A stretch of 37,482 nt of DNA from a virus. Shown in pieces: positions 16,858 through 23,751 of the stretch (the first letter of the stretch is position 1; every line of letters starts with the position of its first letter). The translations under genes and the position numbers were made by a program. Under the pieces are notes generated by a model that had not been told where the DNA came from, did no database searches, and worked only from the letters and a program-made list of their open reading frames with translations. Location of the stretch: IMG/VR virus record IMGVR_UViG_3300045988_038410; one strand, 5' to 3'.

Positions 16858-16914
16858 CCCGACCTCCACGCAGTACCGGTACAGTTCCAGAATCTTCCCA
16901 TACTTCCGCCGAAC

Positions 16915-17202
16915 CTACCCCCGCTTCGCCTGCCGCATCCGCTCCCCATAGGAGCAGAAATCCCGTCCGTTGGTATCAATATCGTGCTCGAAACAGTGCC
17001 CATTCGGACTATCGGTAAGACCGACGTTTCGCTTCCACTTCTGGCAGCCCTTGCAGCGCACCACCGCCACGGCGTCCACGGTAGGCGCTTTATCTATGAG
17101 GTTTATAACCCCGTTCCAGCCAGCACAATATACTGACGGTAATACCTTCCTGCTGCATCTTCCAATGCCAAGCGCGTCGGCATCAATCAGTCTCACGACC
17201 AT
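16915..17202 (-). CDS. Cys-rich early protein (IDADAL...AGWN...CKGC...CSYGER family), about 95 aa
   Basis: The C-terminal 95 aa of track ORF 16915..17442 read like a real protein, and the N-terminal part overlaps the preceding gene. The start is ATG 17202 or GTG 17196, just after GGAGGG. Confidence 0.6.
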   Translation of the reverse strand: MVVRLIDADALGIGRCSRKVLPSVYCAGWNGVINLIDKAPTVDAVAVVRCKGCQKWKRNVGLTDSPNGHCFEHDIDTNGRDFCSYGERMRQAKRG

Positions 17203-17485
17203 TCCCTCCATCCATCTTCGCCCCACAATGTGGGCAATACTTCGATCGCAATTTCTTATACGCAAATTCTTCTCTGTGTACTCTCCTGCTGCGAACCGAG
17301 CAGTACAGCCCAGCGTTCGCGCAATCATCAAGCAAATACCACTCCCCATGCACCACCGGCGCAACGTCGGCGGCGGGCAATCGCTCAATCTAATCCGTCT
17401 GTACGGCTTCAATCTCCGCCCAGCCGCATTGAAACAGTTCAACGCCCCTTAGCGCATCCTCGCGCCTGATATATTCGTCAGCCAT
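17183..17485 (-). pseudogene. Cys-rich zinc-ribbon early gene interrupted by a single in-frame TAG (17392-17390)
   Basis: The reading frame gives ATG(17485) MADEYIRREDALRGVELFQCGWAEIEAVQTD-TAG-IERLPAADVAPVVHGEW...YCPHCGAKMDGGNGRETD. Both halves share one frame and together resemble one domain of the neighbouring paralogues. Confidence 0.6.
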
Positions 17486-17705
17486 CTCTTACCTCCACAT
17501 AAGCCGCCTGGAGCAGCTCGTCCAAGTAGTTTTCGCCGCTGTCACCGATGTAATTACCGTCTGCGCAGTAATACGAATAAGCCGTATATGGCCTAGCCAC
17601 TATTCCTGTATATTCTTCCAAAAGCTTGTTGAACTCTATTTCGCCGCAACACATATTGATGTCTTCAAGTTCTTCGTATTGTGATTTTGTGATAAACTTA
17701 GCCAT
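17478..17705 (-). CDS. Small acidic early protein, 75 aa (paralogue of 18520..18744)
   Basis: MAKFITKSQYEEL...LLQAAYVEVRDG compares with MAKCITKAQFSKL...LLEAAGVEVRDG. ATG at 17705. Confidence 0.65.
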   Translation of the reverse strand: MAKFITKSQYEELEDINMCCGEIEFNKLLEEYTGIVARPYTAYSYYCADGNYIGDSGENYLDELLQAAYVEVRDG

Positions 17706-17970
17706 CGTTTCCCCTCCTCTTGAACTCGCGGCAGGCCGCACCGCAATCCAGCGTCAGCCAGATTGGGTATCCTTTCCCCATATTCGGAGAATAGTCCTTG
17801 TCGCCGCTCTTGAAACAATATCCGTAGATGCTTGCTCCATCAGATCTTTCATAAGGCTTCTTCAATTCTGCACAGAATCTGCATTTTGCGCAGCACTTTT
17901 TCGGAAGCGAATCCGCATTTCCCTCGAAGAAACATTGCTGTTCATCCACCCTTCTTGCCCTCCAATCCAC
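17698..17970 (-). CDS. Cys-rich hypothetical early protein, about 90 aa
   Basis: Track ORF with multiple CxxC pairs (CCAKCRFC, CGAAC). The start is uncertain. Confidence 0.5.
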   Translation of the reverse strand: MDWRARRVDEQQCFFEGNADSLPKKCCAKCRFCAELKKPYERSDGASIYGYCFKSGDKDYSPNMGKGYPIWLTLDCGAACREFKRRGNDG

Positions 17971-18169
17971 AGTCCTTCAAAATCATATCCTTGCGCACCA
18001 TGCAGGCAGCATTTGCCGGAAACACAAACGTCTCATCCGTAGAGCATCGTGCATAGTGCTCGCAGTGGAAGCATTCTCCCAGCACAACCGCGGCCTGAAC
18101 ACCAAGTCCCTCGGCCTGCTTTTCCGGCGGCAAATCCTCCATAAATGCCGTACAATACGTGTCAGCCAT
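17942..18169 (-). CDS. Cys-rich hypothetical early protein, 75 aa
   Basis: ATG at 18169 lies 7 nt after GGAGGG and forms the same ATGGCTGA overlap junction seen at 17485. Confidence 0.55.
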   Translation of the reverse strand: MADTYCTAFMEDLPPEKQAEGLGVQAAVVLGECFHCEHYARCSTDETFVFPANAACMVRKDMILKDCGLEGKKGG

Positions 18170-18527
18170 TGTCATTCCCTCCATCCATCTTCGCGCCGCA
18201 TCCGGGGCAGTATTTCGGCAGAGTCTCCGGATCATCCGTCCCGTCGTCAATGCAGTAATCGCACTCGGAGCAGTGCCACACATCGTAAACCATCTCGCCA
18301 TCGGCATAGCCGTCGGCCTCTCCGATCCAGTGCCCATGCCGCACCGACGCATCATTCGCCCTCTTGTTCCAAGCGTTGATTGCTTCCTGGCGGAAAGTAT
18401 ATTCGCCACTTGTCTGCGAAATATGGCATTTTTGGCAAGAACAAAAATACAAGTCTGTAAACCTGTGCTGAAGCACGGTTATAATAGCTTTCCCGCCGCA
18501 GAACGGGCACGGCTTTAACTTATCCAT
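18162..18527 (-). CDS. Lar-like (restriction-alleviation family) zinc-ribbon protein with C-terminal HGxW / CGAKMDGG extension, 121 aa
   Basis: MDKLKPCPFCGGKA...EAINAWNKRA is the Lar-family signature. The C-terminal YCPGCGAKMDGGNDNG is shared with 17183..17485. Confidence 0.65.
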   Translation of the reverse strand: MDKLKPCPFCGGKAIITVLQHRFTDLYFCSCQKCHISQTSGEYTFRQEAINAWNKRANDASVRHGHWIGEADGYADGEMVYDVWHCSECDYCIDDGTDDPETLPKYCPGCGAKMDGGNDNG

Positions 18528-18744
18528 CCCGCACCTCCACGCCAGCCGCTTCCAGCAATTCAGAAAGGTCGGTGTCCACACTGCTGCCAATGAAATCACC
18601 ATTTTCGTCGTAGTGGTTGTACTCTGTGGTTGGCCGTGATTCTATCCCTGCAAGCTCTGCTAAAATTCTCAAGTACTCATCGTTGTCGAATAACTGGGTA
18701 TGCACGAGTTTCGAAAATTGCGCTTTTGTTATGCACTTAGCCAT
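18520..18744 (-). CDS. Small acidic early protein, 74 aa (paralogue of 17478..17705)
   Basis: Shares N- and C-terminal strings with 17478..17705. Confidence 0.65.
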   Translation of the reverse strand: MAKCITKAQFSKLVHTQLFDNDEYLRILAELAGIESRPTTEYNHYDENGDFIGSSVDTDLSELLEAAGVEVRDG

Positions 18745-19249
18745 CCTTCTTGCCCTCCATTTCCGCCAGCGCCTTTTCAGCTTCTTCGCGGGTTAAAAAT
18801 ACGGTTTTGCCAAATCCATTTAGCGCTACGCCGTACTCCCGCCCTCTGGCCCCTATTGGCTCAAGGCCAACAAATCCGATCTCATTACCGAGGCCGATCT
18901 GTTTTATCTCGCACTCGCTTATATGCTTATCCGTGTCCAGCAGGGCAAACACCCGCTGACCTACCTTGCACGGCAGGACGATCACGCGCCCCTTCTGATC
19001 TGCCACAGCCAGCTCCCGCAGGCGGGCAATCGGCAGGCCCTCGAACTCCATAATCTGTGCGACTGCCTTGCCCATGAGCGCCGCTTCCAATGCCTCGATC
19101 TGCTCCGGTGTCCGTTTGGTGTCCTCATACTGTTTGAGCCGCTCCCAGACCTGCTTTTGGCTGCAACCATCCTTGTATGGGCACGTTGGATACCCGCACC
19201 GCGCAATCTCGCAGAAGTTGCCCTCAAAGGTCAGCCGTTCCATCGTCAA
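18737..19249 (-). CDS. Hypothetical early protein, 170 aa
   Basis: Track ORF coupled to its neighbours. N-terminal Cys cluster CEIARCGYPTCPYKDGC. Confidence 0.65.
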   Translation of the reverse strand: MTMERLTFEGNFCEIARCGYPTCPYKDGCSQKQVWERLKQYEDTKRTPEQIEALEAALMGKAVAQIMEFEGLPIARLRELAVADQKGRVIVLPCKVGQRVFALLDTDKHISECEIKQIGLGNEIGFVGLEPIGARGREYGVALNGFGKTVFLTREEAEKALAEMEGKKDG

Positions 19250-19539
19250 ATCTCCTTTCCATCAACACTTCTTACACAACGTTTCCCGCAATATTTGCTG
19301 TAGGTGTGCTCGATGTGTGCCCCTATGCTAAAAAGAAAATCCGGCAAAAACCGCACTTCGTCCGCCACGTCGATCATTGCAAAGCAGATTCGCATATAGT
19401 CCTTCGGTTCCATGCCCTCCGGCAGCGTGGCCGGATTGAGCACGATGTGCCCCTGCGCCTCTATCTGGCGCTGTGCATCTGCAAATTTCGCCCGATAATC
19501 CGGGTCGCCGGTGATCTTCCCGGCTATGTAAATTTTCAT
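19246..19539 (-). CDS. DUF4406-like (nucleoside 2-deoxyribosyltransferase-fold) protein, 97 aa
   Basis: MKIYIAGKITGDPDYRAKF...VLNPA... is typical of DUF4406. ATGA overlap at 19539. Confidence 0.6.
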   Translation of the reverse strand: MKIYIAGKITGDPDYRAKFADAQRQIEAQGHIVLNPATLPEGMEPKDYMRICFAMIDVADEVRFLPDFLFSIGAHIEHTYSKYCGKRCVRSVDGKEI

Positions 19540-19760
19540 TGTGTCACCTCCATCTGCTCTATCAGTTCGCACAATCCGTCTGTTGTATCGTTACCATAGA
19601 TGAGTTCTTCATAGCCGTACCCGCTTCCGTCGCTCAGCATTTCCACGTCTACACCGTTCCGTTCCAACCATAGCCCCACCTCGCGGTCGAGTTTGGCTGC
19701 CAAACCCGCGTAGAGTGCAATCTGGTGCATTTTCTTTCGGATGTATTTCGGTACTTTCAT
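19536..19760 (-). CDS. Hypothetical early protein, 74 aa
   Basis: Track ORF with good coupling to the downstream gene. Confidence 0.55.
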   Translation of the reverse strand: MKVPKYIRKKMHQIALYAGLAAKLDREVGLWLERNGVDVEMLSDGSGYGYEELIYGNDTTDGLCELIEQMEVTQ

Positions 19761-19772
19761 CTCACCACTCCA

Positions 19773-19934
19773 TCAGCGCCCGTTCAGCTTCCTCAAGGTA
19801 TTCATCCTTCGCTTCTGGTCGGCGCTCATTTCCAGGCATCCGCAGACACCATGCCCAGCAAACGGGAAATCCTCAGATTCACCGTTTGCGCACCGCCGCA
19901 GCGCCTTGATCAGTTCTTCCGGCTTCAAATTCAT
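19773..19934 (-). CDS. Hypothetical small protein, 53 aa
   Basis: Begins MNLKPEELIKALRRCANG.... The ATG at 19934 forms an ATGA overlap with the stop of the PAPS-reductase-like gene. The track version (to 20027) is over-extended. Confidence 0.5.
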   Translation of the reverse strand: MNLKPEELIKALRRCANGESEDFPFAGHGVCGCLEMSADQKRRMNTLRKLNGR

Positions 19935-20809
19935 ATCAAATCCTCCCGAAATTCTTCTAATACTTCCTGCCCCGGAAGCACATCGTTTTCCATCCATGTG
20001 TGGAACACATCGATGCCTGTCTGCCAACTCCCACCTTTTCCAGCCAAGCGCCGCACTTCCAACATCCGATCAAACGCGCGGATATATGATTGCTTGTATT
20101 TCGGCCATATTATAAATTCCTCTATTCTGGCACGTTTCGAAGCTAACGGGCATCCGATACATCCAACCCGCGTGTGGCCGCATCCATAGAGCGGATTCAT
20201 GCAGATCTTCTCAGTCTCCGCGTAGTCCCACACCGCCTTGTTGTCCCATCCAATAATCGGATTTACGACACGTCGGCCTTTCATTTGGCAATTTTCAAAT
20301 TGCATCCGTGTTTCATCATTGTCATTCATCAACGCCAGCCGCTTCCCAACGTCTTTGTGCTGTACTTCCAGCATCCCACGGCCTTTCCGTTTTTGAGATT
20401 CTGCCCAGCGAACACCAGTCGCGACAAATCGCCCTTTTGCGCCACCCTCCTTTAGTTCTGCGCAGCAGTATCGCATCCACCTTGTCGGCGGCATCTTTTT
20501 TTTCGGTATTAAATTCCACATGGTAACGCGCTTCCCGTCCGGCTGGACGTGCGCGTCGATAGCGCACTTTACGCCCTTTTCCTCCATTCGTCGGAATGTG
20601 TCCCGCACATGATAGACCGTTTCCGGCGCATCTGCCGTGGTTAGGGAGTGTAGGACTTCAAATGGAATACCGCTGTTTTCCGCCAGCCGGAGCAGCACAT
20701 CGCTGTCCTTTCCACCCGAGTATGTAATCACAAGCGGCTGCTTATAGAGCTTCAAGCTCTGCGCCGACGCAAACCGCAGCGCCTCAAACGCGCTCTGTTC
20801 CAAGTCCAC
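19931..20809 (-). CDS. PAPS reductase / PP-loop ATPase family protein (DndC/IbrA-like), 292 aa
   Basis: PP-loop motif VITYSGGKDS and a C-terminal Cys cluster CGHTRVGCIGCP. The GTG start overlaps the TAG of the upstream mini-ORF by 1 nt. Confidence 0.8.
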   Translation of the reverse strand: MDLEQSAFEALRFASAQSLKLYKQPLVITYSGGKDSDVLLRLAENSGIPFEVLHSLTTADAPETVYHVRDTFRRMEEKGVKCAIDAHVQPDGKRVTMWNLIPKKKMPPTRWMRYCCAELKEGGAKGRFVATGVRWAESQKRKGRGMLEVQHKDVGKRLALMNDNDETRMQFENCQMKGRRVVNPIIGWDNKAVWDYAETEKICMNPLYGCGHTRVGCIGCPLASKRARIEEFIIWPKYKQSYIRAFDRMLEVRRLAGKGGSWQTGIDVFHTWMENDVLPGQEVLEEFREDLI

Positions 20810-20955
20810 TACAACAACCCCGCTTTCCGGAATCTCTCCACACTCTTACGATATTCCGCCTGTTTTGCTTCCTCATATTCCAGATACAGCTCACACTTGG
20901 CGTGGCATCCCACTGCCCGAGTCGGACAGTCCCGTTCACATGGCGGCTTCACCAT
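20809..20955 (-). CDS. Cys-rich mini-protein, 48 aa (below the ORF-track cutoff)
   Basis: Translation: MVKPPCERDCPTRAVGCHAKCELYLEYEEAKQAEYRKSVERFRKAGLL. The ATG at 20955 overlaps the MTase stop, and its TAG overlaps the next start. Confidence 0.6.
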   Translation of the reverse strand: MVKPPCERDCPTRAVGCHAKCELYLEYEEAKQAEYRKSVERFRKAGLL

Positions 20956-21782
20956 AGCGCCTCCTGCATTTCGTCCTCGGCCTGTTTCGCATGAACTCCT
21001 GCCAGCATTTTTTCTTGTGCAGCTTTGTAAAAGTTCCGGTCGATCTCAAATCCAAACGCATTTCGCCCAAGCTCGGCAGCCGCGCGAAGCGTCGAACCAG
21101 AACCGCAGCACGGGTCAATGACCGTCTCTCCGGGATCGGTAAAAATCTCGATCAACCGCTTCAGCACGCCGACCGGCTTCTGCGTTGGGTGAATCTTCGG
21201 AATCTCCTTGCCGTCGCGTTCCCATGCGAACCAGTCAAAAACCATCTTCCCGGTTCCACGAATTGGCTTGCCGTCCTCTCCAATCTGGCGCCCGTTGTTG
21301 AACTTCGGCAGCTTGTCCCGGTAGAGGACGATTGCGAACTCCGTTGCGCCGACGATGCGCATATTCGCCTTGAGCACCTGCGCGGAATAGTTCTTGCAGA
21401 AGAAGATCTGGAACCAGTTTTTGAACCCGTACCGTGCGCCGTATTCCGCAACCGTATGTATCTGGTCGAACGCGCAGAAGACGATCATCGCCGGTGCCTT
21501 GCCCTTTTCCTTCGGTTCCGGCTTCAACAGCCGGGAGCAGAAGTGCATATACTCAGCAATTTTGAAATAACCGTCCGAATTGAAAAAGCTCTTTTTCGCG
21601 AACTTGCTCTCACCGTTGGAATTGTCCCCGCCGTTATACCACATGGGATTGGAACCGTAGGCATCTGCCCCGATGTTGTACGGGATGTCCGCAATCACAA
21701 GCTGCGCCTTTGGAATCCCATATTTGCGGTAATTCTGGAAATTGTCATGATAAATTTCACAGCGAATCCGTTTAGGCTTCAT
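20949..21782 (-). CDS. DNA methyltransferase (N6_N4_Mtase, beta class), orphan, 277 aa
   Basis: Motif IV-like IADIPYN lies ahead of motif I VIDPCCGSGST. No cognate restriction gene is present. Confidence 0.85.
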   Translation of the reverse strand: MKPKRIRCEIYHDNFQNYRKYGIPKAQLVIADIPYNIGADAYGSNPMWYNGGDNSNGESKFAKKSFFNSDGYFKIAEYMHFCSRLLKPEPKEKGKAPAMIVFCAFDQIHTVAEYGARYGFKNWFQIFFCKNYSAQVLKANMRIVGATEFAIVLYRDKLPKFNNGRQIGEDGKPIRGTGKMVFDWFAWERDGKEIPKIHPTQKPVGVLKRLIEIFTDPGETVIDPCCGSGSTLRAAAELGRNAFGFEIDRNFYKAAQEKMLAGVHAKQAEDEMQEALW

Positions 21783-21797
21783 CCGAAATCACCACCC

Positions 21798-22946
21798 TCA
21801 TGTAATTTTCATCGTGGAAAAAGCTATGTTTCTCTCGGTAATGCCGCCGGTCGTCGTTCCGGAGCAGCCAGCCTTTTCGACCAGCGCCGCCATCTTGGCC
21901 AGCGCGTCCCGGCTGAACCGGGCCAGCTTCGCGGCCTTCTCCGCGTCGCGAGTCTTGACCTTCTGCATCAGGCCGCAGGCGCGGTTAAAGTTTTCCTGTA
22001 CCGCCTGAAAGAAGCTCTGAAAGACGGCAATGTCCGCGTCCGACTGGATCGCCCCTGCCTTCTGAAGCTTCTCGGCGTTTGCCTTTGCAGCCTCAAGTTC
22101 GGCCTGCAGCGTCTCGACGCGGTGCGTCAGTTCGTCTGCGCGGCCCGTGCTGTTTTTCAGATCAGCCATAGCCTTTGCAGCCTCGGCCTGAAGCTCCGCC
22201 TGCTTCTTCTCGGCCTCCCTGCGGCGCTTTTCCAATGCAGCGACGTCGGCCTTGTGCTTTTTCTCCGCCTCTGCCAGCGCATCCGCAACGGCCTTTTCAA
22301 TCTCCGCCGGGTCTGCCGCCTGCACGGCGACCTCGACCGGCCGGTTTTCCAGTTCCGTGATCTTCGCGGCCTGCGCGTCGGTGCGTTCCCTGAGCGCTGC
22401 CGTCTTTTCTTTTTCCGCATCGAGGGCGGAGGTGATGTCGGCCAGCTTCAGCGCCGTGCCCTCACTGGCCGCACGCTCGGCCTCCAGCTGCTTCCGTGCC
22501 TCGTCGCGCTCCCGGATAGCCTGTTCCAGCTCGCGGGCGGAAAGATTCTCCGCATCGACCGCCTCGGCGAACTCTTCGCGCTCTTCGGCGGGCACCGCGA
22601 GCAGCTGTAAAGCGTTCGACACGCTCAAATTTCCCAACGTTGGGAAATTTGAATTGTTTCCATATTCCTTTGCAATCTGCATAAATCTCGCAGCGGAAGA
22701 TTTTGAAAACTCCGTTTCTGTTTTCAGGAAATCAAGCCATCCGCCGTGCCCAACCATAGCCTTTGCCTCGGCAAGGCGCTTGCCGATCTCCACTCCGAAC
22801 CAGACCGTCATGCACTTGGCCTGATGGGACAGATAGCGAATCTCGCTGCCGATGGTCTCTGCCGTCCGCGGCCCTGTTTCCGGCAGCGTCATATCTTTCG
22901 GTGCAGGTGCGGCGTCCTGCAAAATCCGGCTCACATCAAACGGCAC
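21798..22946 (-). CDS. DUF3102-domain protein with long Ala/Glu/Lys coiled coil, 382 aa
   Basis: EIRYLSHQAK...IGKRLAEAKAMVGHGGWLDFLKTETEFSKSSAARFMQIAKEYG matches the DUF3102 pattern. Lies directly downstream of parA. Confidence 0.7.
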   Translation of the reverse strand: MPFDVSRILQDAAPAPKDMTLPETGPRTAETIGSEIRYLSHQAKCMTVWFGVEIGKRLAEAKAMVGHGGWLDFLKTETEFSKSSAARFMQIAKEYGNNSNFPTLGNLSVSNALQLLAVPAEEREEFAEAVDAENLSARELEQAIRERDEARKQLEAERAASEGTALKLADITSALDAEKEKTAALRERTDAQAAKITELENRPVEVAVQAADPAEIEKAVADALAEAEKKHKADVAALEKRRREAEKKQAELQAEAAKAMADLKNSTGRADELTHRVETLQAELEAAKANAEKLQKAGAIQSDADIAVFQSFFQAVQENFNRACGLMQKVKTRDAEKAAKLARFSRDALAKMAALVEKAGCSGTTTGGITERNIAFSTMKIT

Positions 22947-23751
22947 GGTCAGCGCCTCCTCTCAGCATATCGTCCATTGTGACGGGCGGCTCCAAATACT
23001 CCTGCACAAAGCTGCGGTAATCATAGCCGGCGGCGCTGCGCGGGGAATAGATGGCGATGGGCTTGCGCTCGAAGGTCATCTCGTCGACCTTGTCGGTGCG
23101 GCGAATGACCGTCTGAAATACTGGCAGCAGGCCGCAGTCGCGGAGACTGCCCTCGGCCTCCAGCACGACGGGCACGTTGCGCCACATGGTGATGAGAGCC
23201 CCGGCAACGCGGATCTTGGGATTGATGCGCTGCATGTTGTCAATCTGGCGGCTGACATTGGCCAGCCCACGGATGGAAAAGGCGTCGAGCTTGATCGGGA
23301 TGATGACCTCATCCGCAGCCAGAAGCGCCGCGGCGCTCGCTGCATTAAAGGCCGGCGGGCAGTCAAACAGGACGTAGTCGTACTCGTCATCCTCACCGAT
23401 CGTGCAGCACAGATCCGCGAGGACACGGCCATTGACGTGTTGGCTGGTGATTTGGGACATGTCCATGTCCATCAGCTCATCGGAGCCGGGGATCACATCG
23501 ACGCCGGGATAATCCGTTCCGGCGACCAGCTCCGAGACGTACGGTTCGAAGTCGCCGCGCAGGATGTCGGCCAGCGTGACCGTTCCCATTCCGGGCCGCA
23601 CACCGAAGAACTCCGTCGCGTTGCACTGGCTGTCGCAGTCAACCAGGAGCACGCGCTGCTTGTGATCGGCGGCCAGGATGTGGGCCATGTTGACGGCAGT
23701 GACGGTCTTTCCGACGCCGCCTTTCAAATTTAGAATTGCGATTGCTTTCAT
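22936..23751 (-). CDS. parA: ParA/Soj-family ATPase, 271 aa
   Basis: Deviant Walker A motif ILNLKGGVGKT. ATGA overlap with the dnaB stop. Confidence 0.88.
   Translation of the reverse strand: MKAIAILNLKGGVGKTVTAVNMAHILAADHKQRVLLVDCDSQCNATEFFGVRPGMGTVTLADILRGDFEPYVSELVAGTDYPGVDVIPGSDELMDMDMSQITSQHVNGRVLADLCCTIGEDDEYDYVLFDCPPAFNAASAAALLAADEVIIPIKLDAFSIRGLANVSRQIDNMQRINPKIRVAGALITMWRNVPVVLEAEGSLRDCGLLPVFQTVIRRTDKVDEMTFERKPIAIYSPRSAAGYDYRSFVQEYLEPPVTMDDMLRGGADRAV

Noticed and set aside
17390-17392. Genome-wide TAG stop-codon reassignment
   Set aside because: All large genes (TMP, capsid, terminase, portal, DnaB and others) are uninterrupted under the standard code. TAG also appears to end the 20809..20955 ORF. 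A single in-frame TAG does not support recoding of the whole genome.
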